From a virus (lineage: Duplodnaviria; Caudoviricetes): 64,000 nucleotides of DNA. The notes beneath the pieces were generated by a model. The model was not told where the DNA came from and did no database searches. It saw only the letters and a list, made by a program, of their open reading frames with translations. Location of the stretch: the IMG/VR virus record IMGVR_UViG_3300037067_006488, positions 13,284-77,283 of that record, one strand, 5' to 3'. Within the stretch, counting starts at the first letter, position 1. Every line of letters begins with the position of its first letter. The translations under genes were made by a program, and so were the position numbers. Positions 27,901 through 38,332 of the stretch are shown piece by piece.

Positions 27901-30541
27901 AACGAGAACTTAGTGTATTGGGATTACCCCCATGATACGCCATAAGTATAACATCAGGTTCTCCGTTATTGTATTTTTTGAAGGTTTCTTTATCCCAATC
28001 TTCGGGCGCATATTGATCGTCCCATTTAACCCTTGCGACAGGAACAAAACCAAAATCATAATAATAATCAGATAAACGAGTATCATAATGATCTAACTTG
28101 TTTCCTCCTTCTTTTATTGCTTGGAAAACAACCTGTGCCCCCCTTCCCTTTCCTTTGCCGTGAGAGAACACCGATATTATTGTTCCCTTGTCGTCAATAG
28201 CAGCACCAGCCAATCCATCGTCGGTCAGAAACTTACGATATTTTGCATAGTCTTCTTGGGGATAAACAAATACACTTGCCGCATACTTGTTCCCTGTTTT
28301 GGAGTCAGATATTGATTTATGGAATAATTCGGGATCGGAAACCTCGTTAAAAGATTTGTCGAAAACTAAATTAGGATTCGCAGAAGACATTTGAGATGCC
28401 TCTGAATCCTGAATAGAATAGGTTTTTAATACGGTATTATCTCCAACGCTTCGCCTGCTTCCTCTATCGTCATATCGGGGTTGGCTTGGAGATGTCGCTG
28501 GGATATTCTCTCCCACACGTTGAGGTCTTCCCATTTGGCCTCTATTATCTCCTTCACGGTTTTGTCTGTCCAGTTCTCCATATTCTTTTTCTTGCAAATT
28601 TAATAACTCTTGACGAGAATTAAAAACATCTTGTTCTTTTTTCTCTACCTTAAAAGGGTCTTCCGTATACTTTCTTAAATCGTTAGCATCTATAAAATCA
28701 ATAATAAGTTCGTCTGCCCTCTGCTTCCCGTACTTCTCCGTCATTTGCTTTCTTTGTTCTTGTTGGGCTTCGTTTAACTCAAACAACCCTTCGGGGGTAC
28801 GTATAACATTGTCAGGTAAATTCTCTGCTATATCGTCAATTTTAGACACACCTAAATCAGTTTCTCCTTCGGGTGATACTTGTGTATCACTTTGGGGTGT
28901 TTCTGTTTTGGCGATAGCTGTTTTGGGCTTTCCTGACGTTTCTGAGGGTTCTTCCACCTTCGTGTTCTCTGCCGTAAAAAGAGTATTGTATCCTATCTTG
29001 GCTTTCATATAATCCAATACAACCTTGTTCTGTTCGGGGGTAAGATAAGACAAGTCTTCTTCTGAAAGCCTTTTCTGCATCTCCTCGATATTATCCAAGT
29101 TGATTGCAGATGTTATAATTTGTTTTGTTGTCGGGTCTATGCGTTCATCAAACACCTTGGTCGCATTATCAAGTTCTTTCTTGTATTGCTTTTCTTTAAG
29201 ATAACCGGGTATTTCCAATGCTTTCATCCCCGCAGAAGCCACCATTATCGTAGCAAGGGTTTCAAACTGCTGGCGTACATTAAACAAATCAGATAGCGTT
29301 GCCTCCTCTGTCGTTATCGCTTGTCCTATACCGTCAAGTTGTTCTTCGAGAAACTCGTATCCAGCCCCACTCCAATTAAGGTTCTTTCTTAAAGCATTAA
29401 TAGATTTGACTGCTTGCGAAGGGTTGTTTATTGCGGGCGCAAGTTTAGCCCCTAACGTTGTAACACCTTTCCTTATCAACTCTCCTGCTTTCTCCGAAAA
29501 CAAAGAACTAAACGTAGAGCCGAAAGCATCTGTTGCTGCCTCTACTCTGTTTTCTCCTTGTGTCGGCACTAACCTACCGTCGGCATCCATTTCTAAAGAA
29601 GGCATACGTTCCTGTGCGTACTTCTGCATAAACATAGCAGTAAACGGGGTTTGTGCTGCTGCTCCTACTGCTGCTTTTAATACAGCGTCCAATCCGTATT
29701 TCTTCATAACAGCTACCGTAGAAGCGGATAGCGCCTTCTTGGCGGTTGCACTTGCTGCCCCCGTCGCTGCTGATCCTATCCCGCCAGTAAGATATATCTG
29801 ACCGATAAAGGGAACCATCTCTGCGATAGCCGCCCCTACGTTATAGGAAGATGTTTTTGGCTTATTAGCATCAACAACATCATAAAGATATTTGCCCGCA
29901 AGAAGCATATATTCCTCGTCTGTGGGTTCATAACCCCCGTCCATTTTTTTTGCTAATTGTAGGGTTTTTAGACTATTATAACCGCCAGTATATCCCAATG
30001 AAAACAAATTAGCCAAATCACCCCTCCTGATTCCAGAAATAAAAGAACGAACACCTTCTTTATCTGGTGCTTTAATCATTTTTTCTGCTCCCCTAAGCAG
30101 CCTCCTTGTTGCAAGAAGGGCCTCTTGTTCTTTGCCAAACCCAAAAACGGTAGCAGGGCCAATCTGCGCTTTGGCTTTACTATCTATATCCGATATGGTC
30201 TGCTGTATATTTGGAAGCAACGACTGAATTTGCTGTCTTGTTTCTTCGGTTACTCGCCTTTGTTCTTCCTCTGAAATTATTTTCTGTTGATTTTGTTCAA
30301 CCACGTCTGCTAACCGGAACGGCTCTACCGTCCTAAACCCTGTCGGAGTAGTTGTATTAGCTGTCGGAGTTTGTTCCGCTTTCGATAACGAGCTTTGTAC
30401 CTCTGATGGAGAAGCCGACACCTCTTCCGAAAGGTCTGAAGATTCTTTTTTTTTTGGAGGTTCGGGAAATATATCATTCCACTTAGGCTCGTTAGCCTTG
30501 TTTCCAAATATGTCTTCGTATTTAGGTTTATATTCTGGCAT
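24950..30541 (-). CDS. Large ejection/cargo protein (1863 aa), polyvalent-like, with a GNAT-like domain and an LPD38-like C-terminus
   Basis: Helical Ala-rich body; G.G.G....AIKEGG.KLDHYD..L..YY..FGF.PVARV.WDD..AP domain; VKIGDTWYSYQ..P C-terminal region. Confidence 0.6.
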   Translation of the reverse strand: MPEYKPKYEDIFGNKANEPKWNDIFPEPPKKKESSDLSEEVSASPSEVQSSLSKAEQTPTANTTTPTGFRTVEPFRLADVVEQNQQKIISEEEQRRVTEETRQQIQSLLPNIQQTISDIDSKAKAQIGPATVFGFGKEQEALLATRRLLRGAEKMIKAPDKEGVRSFISGIRRGDLANLFSLGYTGGYNSLKTLQLAKKMDGGYEPTDEEYMLLAGKYLYDVVDANKPKTSSYNVGAAIAEMVPFIGQIYLTGGIGSAATGAASATAKKALSASTVAVMKKYGLDAVLKAAVGAAAQTPFTAMFMQKYAQERMPSLEMDADGRLVPTQGENRVEAATDAFGSTFSSLFSEKAGELIRKGVTTLGAKLAPAINNPSQAVKSINALRKNLNWSGAGYEFLEEQLDGIGQAITTEEATLSDLFNVRQQFETLATIMVASAGMKALEIPGYLKEKQYKKELDNATKVFDERIDPTTKQIITSAINLDNIEEMQKRLSEEDLSYLTPEQNKVVLDYMKAKIGYNTLFTAENTKVEEPSETSGKPKTAIAKTETPQSDTQVSPEGETDLGVSKIDDIAENLPDNVIRTPEGLFELNEAQQEQRKQMTEKYGKQRADELIIDFIDANDLRKYTEDPFKVEKKEQDVFNSRQELLNLQEKEYGELDRQNREGDNRGQMGRPQRVGENIPATSPSQPRYDDRGSRRSVGDNTVLKTYSIQDSEASQMSSANPNLVFDKSFNEVSDPELFHKSISDSKTGNKYAASVFVYPQEDYAKYRKFLTDDGLAGAAIDDKGTIISVFSHGKGKGRGAQVVFQAIKEGGNKLDHYDTRLSDYYYDFGFVPVARVKWDDQYAPEDWDKETFKKYNNGEPDVILMAYHGGNPNTLSSRYGKFGNVQDALNKTPYVESFEEGQKLQEQYLKRIGGQPNANEVSVPTEIPLGNEPTISTEVRGGDAGQQEVTGEGQVTQPTQEAPNEARKAELKKRIADNFDNLITGIGGSTSLMGEQRPDPLKAMRQIAEDVFELGALSVDDLITKIKDYLKQKPLTPENLKTISDYIDNNRNLIRDIYVERGKQRKFAKRLLEDEDVSDEIKTGLSEDAKMYIPTGNKVTMHEADVIIQEKGLTESILMVKDKNNGLFPRVRVALGEAVINAYNKILNEADPESSEWKDAAKKSVDIAEFMTMYGTELGQGVQAYAIWSKLNSRVLTDKIIADIEKNTGRKLTDKELDELKRLADRVKKAPDGFQKFNATTDLLGYEARIKGIKLADLAMSVWYAHILSGYKTQELNFLANTANTAMELVKSAIYSPKSTLDLLRGLYDGYGRGLLELWSVLKTGYDPMKGAKFEFTERQATPSALESYEGFKLFGKQWNPLKLHRYVPRVMVGVDSFFYYGLQGMRLHELVHRQTKGLGMSKAEVERYISEKLLKTKELKEKAIAQAKKEGLKGIDIRRRMWEIMEQGLPDELHDDANNIASRGTFNFPPEGRIGRVTDLVANIANQVKFGDVKPIKFIVPFTNILSNVANTYLDYSPYGFVRAARGSMGGKQDMGTKYTRKYTQEERTKEIIAATLGTIAGLTLFWLATKRDDQDEPTIEITANGTNDYVKNYNLQETGWQKYSVKIGDTWYSYQNTPLAIPLTVVGNIMDARNYQGRTLEDKDMLKRTEIILWNTAQYFTDLTFLRGVSEFLSSFNESDPTKASGYFEKYLQNVGKGFVVPNIVTQVSRKIQQTYNMPMKEANDTWEQMYRDIPIARNKLNEMTNALGEPVVANMNRWTNKEEDDPIWQLIVDNEAWLNKPSKSIVMYDTEGNTRLLNEEEYYQYAKLRGQLLKDLLEEHYKELMNMDKAEVQDRVAQYANDAADKARYKLRFGKYSK

Positions 30542-30544
30542 AAC

Positions 30545-32263
30545 TTACTCCCATCTTAAAAATTCATGTGTCGTGGCATCAAATATAGCCATCCTGTTTG
30601 TCTTAGTATCGAAACCCTTTACCTCGTTACTCTTTTGTACGCCCACAGGTGAAGGGTTAGTTTGTGTCGGTATGCTCTTTGTAATACCGGGGAAGTAAGC
30701 CTCCAATAAACCCTGTGCCCTTCCTGATGGTATCTTTATTTGTTTGCGGATAGTGCCGTTACCCTCGTCTACCGATGTAGTGCCGATAAGATTTCCGTAC
30801 TTATCTACGTACTCGAAGTTAACAGGTAATACGTCTGCATCTGTTTGAATATCCCCCAACATAGATACAGGAACGTTAGCCGTCTTACTCTTGTCGAATA
30901 CTAAAGCACGTCCTGATTCTGTATTGCTGTAAGGGAAATCTTCTACAACCCTGTAAGGTAATGATTCGTTTTTCTTGGAGGTTTCTTCCATATACTGAGC
31001 TTTCTTGGCCCAATCTACCTTGTTCTGTTCTATCTTATCCCCGTATTCCAATCCTGTCATAAACTCCGCAAAAGACATATCGTCGAATTGCCCGGTCTCA
31101 GGATTAGTAAACATATTCATAAGTTCAGCATCTCCCGCATACTGCTGTTTCCATTCGGGGAGTTTGTTGCGAACAATATATTTTTGTAAGCCTTGGTTGG
31201 TATTGAAATAAGTACCCGCCAACACCTTCTTTTGATCTCCGGTAAGAGGAGATTGCATTTCGTAAGGATTAGTTTCGCTTGTCGGCCTCCACGCATCCTT
31301 GTTTGTTATACTTAGGTTGCTGAAGAATGTATCGGGGTTTACCTCTGCCTGTGTTAATGTAGTGCCCTCGACAGGCATCCTGCCATTGCGTAAGAAATAA
31401 TCTGACCGCATCTTGAAATCTACCGGATCATATTTTGTTGAGTTGTTGTAAAACTCCTTATATTCCTTTTGGTAGGTTTCCAAATCCCCCATATACTGAC
31501 TTATGTTCCTTTGGAGTTTGTTGTATCTGTCGGTTATATCCAACATCTCCTGAGAAGTATATTTGCCTTTTTGCAAGCCCTGTTTGCCCATGCCTACATT
31601 GACAATATAATCCCTGAAAGAATTGATTTGTTCAAGCATTGCGGGCTGCATTGTCTTAAACGATTCTTCTGCGGGGTCGAACTCGTTCATCATCTGCTGC
31701 AACTGCTGTTTGTAATCGAACTGTTGCTGTACGGTGTTTACGGCTGCTCCCGCAACTCCGCTTAACAAACTATTGGCAAGAACACCCCCGAAATCTTTAT
31801 CAGGTTGTCCGACATCGCTTCCCCTGAATAGTCCCTGTTGTGCTGCATTGGCGAGAGTTCTTCTTGCAACATCACTCCCAAATCCCTCCCCGAAAAGGAC
31901 ACTGTTTGCGACATTTGCTATTTTACTAAGTTTTGTTGGCGCTGCTACCCTGTTTTTCAAGCCTTGTTCTACAACAGGAAGAACACCGGATTTAGATGTT
32001 AACGCCTGATTGATTGGTTCTGCTTTTGCAACATTAACCAAATCTGATAACCTTCCAAGTTTTAATCCGTTTGATGCCGCTCCTGACGCAGCCTGTTTTA
32101 TTCCTTCCGTAGCTGCCTTGCCTGCCCCTGCTTCCGCTAACTTAGAAGCAACACCACCTAAAGCACCTGACACTAACTTAGCTGCCCCCCCTACTAACTT
32201 AGACCCCGCTACTTTACCGATTATGCCTTTTAGTAAGGCTGCTATTGCTGGTATTATTGCCAT
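30545..32263 (-). CDS. Putative ejection (internal virion) protein
   Basis: Gly/Ala-rich amphipathic N-terminus; position between muzzle and large cargo gene. Confidence 0.5.
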   Translation of the reverse strand: MAIIPAIAALLKGIIGKVAGSKLVGGAAKLVSGALGGVASKLAEAGAGKAATEGIKQAASGAASNGLKLGRLSDLVNVAKAEPINQALTSKSGVLPVVEQGLKNRVAAPTKLSKIANVANSVLFGEGFGSDVARRTLANAAQQGLFRGSDVGQPDKDFGGVLANSLLSGVAGAAVNTVQQQFDYKQQLQQMMNEFDPAEESFKTMQPAMLEQINSFRDYIVNVGMGKQGLQKGKYTSQEMLDITDRYNKLQRNISQYMGDLETYQKEYKEFYNNSTKYDPVDFKMRSDYFLRNGRMPVEGTTLTQAEVNPDTFFSNLSITNKDAWRPTSETNPYEMQSPLTGDQKKVLAGTYFNTNQGLQKYIVRNKLPEWKQQYAGDAELMNMFTNPETGQFDDMSFAEFMTGLEYGDKIEQNKVDWAKKAQYMEETSKKNESLPYRVVEDFPYSNTESGRALVFDKSKTANVPVSMLGDIQTDADVLPVNFEYVDKYGNLIGTTSVDEGNGTIRKQIKIPSGRAQGLLEAYFPGITKSIPTQTNPSPVGVQKSNEVKGFDTKTNRMAIFDATTHEFLRWE

Positions 32264-32272
32264 ATCTTTATT

Positions 32273-33364
32273 TTATAAACCACTTACCCCGCCAGCCTTC
32301 TTGCCGAACAGGCTGTATAAATTGTTCAAAGCATTTTGATAATTTTCTGTCATTCCCATCATTGCCGCATTGGGATTCAAAGAACTTATCAAATTAGTAT
32401 AATAGTTCATGGACTGCTGCCAAGGCATAAGTTGATTGTATTGATATGCGGTGTCTGCATATTGAGCACCCGTTAATAATCCTGCACCTGAAAGATTAGC
32501 CTGTCCTGTTGCAGCTTGATTGATTAAACTTCCTTGTGTTGCAGCTTGGTTTTGTGCCACACCCTGTCTATTAAGTGCGTAGTCTGCCAATCCCTGTTGT
32601 CCTGCTGTTGCCATCCCTGTTGCCGCCTGTTCTCCTTCAGCGCCTATCGCAGCCCTGTTAAGAGCACCCTGTTCCATTTGACTGTATATCCCCTGCCGTG
32701 CCGACGTTGCTCTTTCTAAAGCACCTGCAAGAGCGCTCTCTTGTTGTGATTTATAATTAGCCGCCTGTATTCCTATATCTGAAAGAGAATCCGCTTTATT
32801 ACTGTATAAATCTATCATAGCGCCTAATCCCGATATAGAACCACCTGCCTGCTGTCCTATTGACTTAGCGCCCTCTGCATAACTACGCCCCAACTTAGAC
32901 TCCATTAACCGTTGTCCAGGCATCTCTTGACGAGAGGCAAGGGTACGGTAATAGTCTGAGAAATTCTTTATATCTCCCAATCCTTGTTTCATCCCCTGCT
33001 GTGCGTAGGCTTCTGAAGACGCCACCCCTTTGTTGACAATATCCCGTAAAGAGGCAGCCCCTGTTGTTTGTAAGTTTGCCGCATTCTGTATCGCCGCCTG
33101 TCCCGCCCCCGTATAATCAGGCATATTACCCGCAAGCCCCATTAACTTAGCATATAGATCACCACCCGATTGTGTCATCATGTTCTGATACTGCTGTACC
33201 TGTCTGGGAGTTTGATATGTTGGAGATTGGCCGAGAAGCTCTTCTGCCTTTCTTTGATATTCGGCTTGCTCTTTTTTCATACTGTCGGCTATCGCGCGTT
33301 GCATATTAAGTGCCCCCGCCGATTGCTTGCTGTATTGTGCTGCCGCCTGTCTTTTTGCGCTCAT
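32273..33364 (-). CDS. Putative ejection/pilot protein
   Basis: Ala/Gln/Gly-rich helical low-complexity sequence; upstream TAAATTTG (33385-33392). Confidence 0.5.
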   Translation of the reverse strand: MSAKRQAAAQYSKQSAGALNMQRAIADSMKKEQAEYQRKAEELLGQSPTYQTPRQVQQYQNMMTQSGGDLYAKLMGLAGNMPDYTGAGQAAIQNAANLQTTGAASLRDIVNKGVASSEAYAQQGMKQGLGDIKNFSDYYRTLASRQEMPGQRLMESKLGRSYAEGAKSIGQQAGGSISGLGAMIDLYSNKADSLSDIGIQAANYKSQQESALAGALERATSARQGIYSQMEQGALNRAAIGAEGEQAATGMATAGQQGLADYALNRQGVAQNQAATQGSLINQAATGQANLSGAGLLTGAQYADTAYQYNQLMPWQQSMNYYTNLISSLNPNAAMMGMTENYQNALNNLYSLFGKKAGGVSGL

Positions 33365-33402
33365 TACTTATAATTTTAACATAGCAAATTTAAACATCTA
33401 AC

Positions 33403-36400
33403 TTATCTTGTGTTTTGTGCATTGATAACTACACTTTTAAGATATACCGCACTTGCATTGCTGTTTTGTAACTTTACAAGTATCGTCTTGCCTCGTAACG
33501 GACGCCCGTTAATTAAATCCCTAACAGAGAAAGTAGAACTTGAAGAAGTGCCGTCCCGCATGAAGTCCGCAACAAAAACACCGTTAATATACCTGAAGTT
33601 CTTTTCCTTTAAAGCACTCTGCATATATCCGTAGTGTTGTGTATAATTGTTGGGGTCTTGTTGTACGATAGCCTCTGCGTCTATAAGCACATCTCCGTTA
33701 TCCTCTGCCGTCCATATATCGTTTGAATCCACAATTATATTGTTCCATTTCTTAGGAGTTGAGGGATATATATTTCCGACAACCCAAACTTCTGAATTGG
33801 TTAACACGCCATCGTAAAAAGTATTCCTCGTTGTAGAAGAATGGTTGTATAGCTTACCCGCAGAGAAAGACACCAACTCTCTGCCGGGTGTGTTGCAATA
33901 CATCTCAGGCTCGAAAGAGTAGAATGAATACCAACTCTCCGACGGTTCGTGGAAGGCAATAGTCTCGTCGTTTGTACTGTTGTAGGGGTCTTTAAATGTA
34001 AGGAAATAAAGATCGTTTTGATAATCGTATCCCCCGTAAGCCTTGAACGAATACCCGCAAGAAGCCACCAACTGTTGTGTCTTGTACTTGAAATAACTAC
34101 GCATACCGTTTTCGGATATTGCGAATGTCCCTCCTACGGTATCCCTGACAACACAAGCATTAACAGCATCCAGCATATAGACGTAGTTGCCGTGTACAAC
34201 AACGGATTCGGGGTGCATACACCCAAACTTAGTTGCATTGTATCTTGGGGGAGTTAACGTTGTTTCTGCCCTCAAAAGAATCTGATTACCCGCACCGTCA
34301 ACACCTGTTTCGTATCCTAAATATATAGAGCTTATCTTGTGGGGTTGGATAATCTTGAGTACATCACCCGTTACCTTAATGTCGGAGATAGGCCCGTAAG
34401 ATTCGTCTACCGTCTGTTCGTTCTGATATTCAAACGTAGACAACCCGTTTATGTTAGTATTAGGAATATACACATTGGAAGCCCTGACAATATTTCTCCT
34501 TATCTTGTTGGCGTCAGGTAAATAAAAGTTTACCCTTCCCAATCCTCTTGTTTTGGATTCGTGATAGTTAGAGAAAGATTCGCTTATAATCCCGCACGAC
34601 ACAGGAATACCGCTATCGTAATAGAATGTCTGTAACAGCCAATGATCGTAGCCCTCTAATGTAGCCACCATAGGCACACTTGCCGTCTGATCTTGTCTTG
34701 TATCTCCAAGATATGCGTTTTTGAAGTAATCGTGGTAACGGAAGCTTGTTCCCGGATCGGATATTACACCCCATTGCGGAGTTTCAAAATACTCTATAGG
34801 CTTGGTATTTTGTGGGGTATATAATTCTACAAGATAGTGATTGGCGGCGTCTAACTCCCCTATAACAGTAGTATCTGATATTGTCTCTACATAAATATAT
34901 GTTTCGTCTTGATCTAACACCTCAAGGTCAAGAATAGTTGAGAAGTTAACCCCGTAGCTGTAAGTGTCCCTTGACAAAGGCGCTGGCTCTTCAAGTCCCG
35001 TTGTAATGTATTGCAAAATCTTTATTCTGTCTCCTTTATTAAAGACATAAGAACCAATATTAAAAGACGGATTTATTATCTGCCCCGCAAGAACACACTC
35101 GTTAATATTTATCTTGATGTATTTGTCGCTTCTGATAAACAAATCTTTCTTGACCAAGAATTGCTGATACCATTGTTTGTTAGACAATCCATAGAATATC
35201 TTATAATAATATGCCCATACAGGAGGTTGGTGTGATATGCTTAATACTATGCGAGTAGAGCCACCTGAATCTGAAACAACAACAGCTAAGTCGTCGGATA
35301 TGTTGACGCCGCCGCATCTACCGTATAAGTCATAATATGCAATACCCAAATAATTAACACCGCAAGGAAACGATCTTATCTTTGTATAGGCGCCAAACAC
35401 CGCACACACCGCAGTTACCGTTGAAGAACATGTTATAGTTAATAGTTCTGTGCCCCCATTAGCAGCAGATGTTATATCTGCGTCAGATATATTATCGTTA
35501 ATATAATCCACAAAATAATCCACAACATCAGTCCCCGTCATGCCCACGTCATTAACAAGCCTTATCGTATATTCTGTTGTGGGCGTATTAATGTATAATA
35601 AATATGTAGCCCCCGCATCAATTTCTATTCTTACCTTGGCAGAACCCGATCCATATACAGAGGAATTATAAATAACCCTTGACTCCTCTGTTACCCCTGT
35701 GGTGGTGGCTGTTGTGCTAACATCTAATTCTACATTATCGTAACCCTCAACACAATCCGACAACACCATACGGTTGTTGTTTAATGCGTTTATAGAGCCT
35801 ATTCGTTGCGGGACATAATCAAATAACCTGCTTATATCGGTAGGAGCAACCTCTGACAATATATCACTATTATTAACCTCTCCTGCGTCCGTTAACCTTG
35901 TTAACCGCCAGTTATCTTGATTATACTTAACCGCATATTCATAACCATTCCACTCTTGATGGGTGTCTGCTGAAACAGCTATTGCAGACCTAAAAAAATT
36001 AAAACTACCGTAACCGCCTATGCTTCTCTCTCCTAAAGGAGCGTACATCAACTCCGACAATAAACCAAATACAGAATTTTCTTTATCCACATATTTATTA
36101 CGCACAAGAAGCTGAAAATATCTTGTTATATCACTACTTTTAACAGATGCAGAATAAGAGTAGGCAACATCCGTAAAGGGAGGAGGTTTGATAATATTTG
36201 ATGTTGATTCGTCGTACAACACATCGTTATGTAATGCTTTGTATAAGTTTATCTTGTGGGCGGTATACCCCGCATATCCCCAATATAACAACTTATCTTT
36301 CCCTGTGCCTATAACAAACGGGTTCGACACAAAAGAATGTAGGTTTTGTGATGTGACAAACAAGGAAACAATAACATTGTTGTAATTAATGTATTTAAGC

Positions 36401-37005
36401 AACGCAACCTGATTTGCGCTGTCGTGAACCCAAAAATAAGTAATATCGTCCTGAACATCGTAATAAGCACCGATACAAGAAAGGGTTGTGGGATATGTTG
36501 CGGTCTGCCTGCCTATAACACGCATATCACACTCCGACGTGTCGAGGGTATTGAACACGAAATAAGCACCTCCGGTAATAGCGCCGTAAGAAACAAGTTG
36601 ATCCGAGAAATAATGTCTAACCTGAGATATTACCTCTGTTATAAATGTGGCCACCGTTGAATAACCGCTACCTGAAATATAAATATACTTCAGTTTGTTG
36701 TTGTTCCACACCTCTATCTCTAACACGTTAGGGACAGACAACAGTGTAAACTCAAACCGTGTTGTACTTGTTGAGGGATTTGTTTCCGTTACCGTTATCT
36801 CTAAATCGGGAGTAAAAACACTGTTAGGCATATATATTGTAGGAGTGCTTACACCCTTGCAATTAGTTCTAACCCCCATGTGTTCCGAATCGGCAGGGAT
36901 AGTATTGAGAAAATATTTAGAATCTCCCGCCTGCAACAAACTAATATCGGTATCCCAATCTAATTTACTCTTGTAAAACGGTATCTGCTGTTGTATATCG
37001 TTCAT
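33403..37005 (-). CDS. Tail muzzle/stabilisation protein (crAss muzzle / P22 gp10-like)
   Basis: 1200 aa beta-rich; INGLSTF...D..YGPI, FGC.HPESV...YMLDA, GGYD...Y.LTF, TIAFHE..ESW.SFYSF.PE motifs. Confidence 0.7.
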   Translation of the reverse strand: MNDIQQQIPFYKSKLDWDTDISLLQAGDSKYFLNTIPADSEHMGVRTNCKGVSTPTIYMPNSVFTPDLEITVTETNPSTSTTRFEFTLLSVPNVLEIEVWNNNKLKYIYISGSGYSTVATFITEVISQVRHYFSDQLVSYGAITGGAYFVFNTLDTSECDMRVIGRQTATYPTTLSCIGAYYDVQDDITYFWVHDSANQVALLKYINYNNVIVSLFVTSQNLHSFVSNPFVIGTGKDKLLYWGYAGYTAHKINLYKALHNDVLYDESTSNIIKPPPFTDVAYSYSASVKSSDITRYFQLLVRNKYVDKENSVFGLLSELMYAPLGERSIGGYGSFNFFRSAIAVSADTHQEWNGYEYAVKYNQDNWRLTRLTDAGEVNNSDILSEVAPTDISRLFDYVPQRIGSINALNNNRMVLSDCVEGYDNVELDVSTTATTTGVTEESRVIYNSSVYGSGSAKVRIEIDAGATYLLYINTPTTEYTIRLVNDVGMTGTDVVDYFVDYINDNISDADITSAANGGTELLTITCSSTVTAVCAVFGAYTKIRSFPCGVNYLGIAYYDLYGRCGGVNISDDLAVVVSDSGGSTRIVLSISHQPPVWAYYYKIFYGLSNKQWYQQFLVKKDLFIRSDKYIKININECVLAGQIINPSFNIGSYVFNKGDRIKILQYITTGLEEPAPLSRDTYSYGVNFSTILDLEVLDQDETYIYVETISDTTVIGELDAANHYLVELYTPQNTKPIEYFETPQWGVISDPGTSFRYHDYFKNAYLGDTRQDQTASVPMVATLEGYDHWLLQTFYYDSGIPVSCGIISESFSNYHESKTRGLGRVNFYLPDANKIRRNIVRASNVYIPNTNINGLSTFEYQNEQTVDESYGPISDIKVTGDVLKIIQPHKISSIYLGYETGVDGAGNQILLRAETTLTPPRYNATKFGCMHPESVVVHGNYVYMLDAVNACVVRDTVGGTFAISENGMRSYFKYKTQQLVASCGYSFKAYGGYDYQNDLYFLTFKDPYNSTNDETIAFHEPSESWYSFYSFEPEMYCNTPGRELVSFSAGKLYNHSSTTRNTFYDGVLTNSEVWVVGNIYPSTPKKWNNIIVDSNDIWTAEDNGDVLIDAEAIVQQDPNNYTQHYGYMQSALKEKNFRYINGVFVADFMRDGTSSSSTFSVRDLINGRPLRGKTILVKLQNSNASAVYLKSVVINAQNTR

Positions 37006-37008
37006 ATC

Positions 37009-37722
37009 TTATCCTCTTAACGGTAACATAGTATATGTAGACCTCAGTGTATCTAAAAGTTCTTCTATCGTATATCCGTCTATATTCACGCTTTCTCTGT
37101 TAAACTGTTGTTCGTAGTATTGTGCTATTTGTAGGCGTGACTCGTCGTACCTGCAATCGTTCCAAATTATATATGCCATAAGCACAGACTCGTATTTGAT
37201 AGGCACAAATGTAGTGCCCGTAGTTTCTGTCCCTGAACTTATATACCGGATAACAACTTCGGTTGCTGTAACAGAGTTAAGGAATATCCTCCGGTTCTGG
37301 TGGTCTATCTTGTAATACCCGTCTATATTAACACCCCCTCTTGCATATAAACCGGAAGACGAATCGGGTATAACATCAACACCCTCCCCGTAATCTGAAT
37401 CCTGTGTTTCTTGTCCGCCTACTGTTGTCGTGGTTATCACCATATCCTGTTTGGGTGTAAGCCACTTCAACTCTCCGTTGACAGGAACTCCTATACCCAA
37501 AAACTCAACCAGATCGGAAGGGAAGGAAACGGCAGCAACGGTAGTGGGAACGGTAAGCCTTGCGAAAGCAGCCCCCTCGTGTATATAGTTTAACCGTAAT
37601 TCCTTCAACCCGTCTACCGCAAGCTGAAAGAACCTGTTGTAATCGCTTTGTTCCCTGCGAGCGATCCATAGCGCTTTGTTCACAATATATTTTAATGCTC
37701 TTACTCCGTCTGTATGTGCCAT
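37009..37722 (-). CDS. Tail ring/tubular protein
   Basis: About 240 aa, FPSDLV...I.V pattern; one of four similar-sized consecutive genes. Confidence 0.55.
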   Translation of the reverse strand: MAHTDGVRALKYIVNKALWIARREQSDYNRFFQLAVDGLKELRLNYIHEGAAFARLTVPTTVAAVSFPSDLVEFLGIGVPVNGELKWLTPKQDMVITTTTVGGQETQDSDYGEGVDVIPDSSSGLYARGGVNIDGYYKIDHQNRRIFLNSVTATEVVIRYISSGTETTGTTFVPIKYESVLMAYIIWNDCRYDESRLQIAQYYEQQFNRESVNIDGYTIEELLDTLRSTYTMLPLRG

Positions 37723-37726
37723 ATCC

Positions 37727-38329
37727 TTATGAGTTTGCGTTGTTAGCCTTCATGTCTACGGGTGACGTAACACCCAATAACTCCAATACCTGTTTGATAA
37801 AATCGTAATCTGTGCCCCCAGGGATATTGATAGTATCAGTACTTGCGTATTCTGCGAACCTCGGAACAAGAACAATACGTACACCTGCTGCTGCTATTGC
37901 CGCCGTCATAGATTCGTTAAACCATATCTTCTCCCCCTGTACCCAATAATTGATATTGGTATCTATTGCTTGAGTATCTAACCCACCCATGTAAGACTGT
38001 TCTTGTTCTGTTGAGGGCACGAAATAAAGATCGAAAGACGCATCTAAATTAATATACCTAATACCGCTTGGAATCTTTGGGAGAGGTATCGTTTTTGCGG
38101 GTATGGTAACTGAATAAATATTCTTGGTGGCATCCAGTGTACACACCTGAGAAGTATATTCCTTTGTAAACAAATCCACGTTCTTCATAACCTCTTCCGA
38201 AAACGAAGTCATCCTTTGCGCATACACAACATCGCATATCATCTTTATCTGTTCGGGATGATACCTGCTTGTCTTGTCTACCGGAGCTATTATATTCTTG
38301 ATAGTGTATATTAGTTCTGATTGTGTCAT
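37727..38329 (-). CDS. Tail ring/tubular protein
   Basis: Synteny; YW.QG.KIWF...VRI.L.P...IPG pattern. Confidence 0.55.
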   Translation of the reverse strand: MTQSELIYTIKNIIAPVDKTSRYHPEQIKMICDVVYAQRMTSFSEEVMKNVDLFTKEYTSQVCTLDATKNIYSVTIPAKTIPLPKIPSGIRYINLDASFDLYFVPSTEQEQSYMGGLDTQAIDTNINYWVQGEKIWFNESMTAAIAAAGVRIVLVPRFAEYASTDTINIPGGTDYDFIKQVLELLGVTSPVDMKANNANS

Positions 38330-38332
38330 GGC

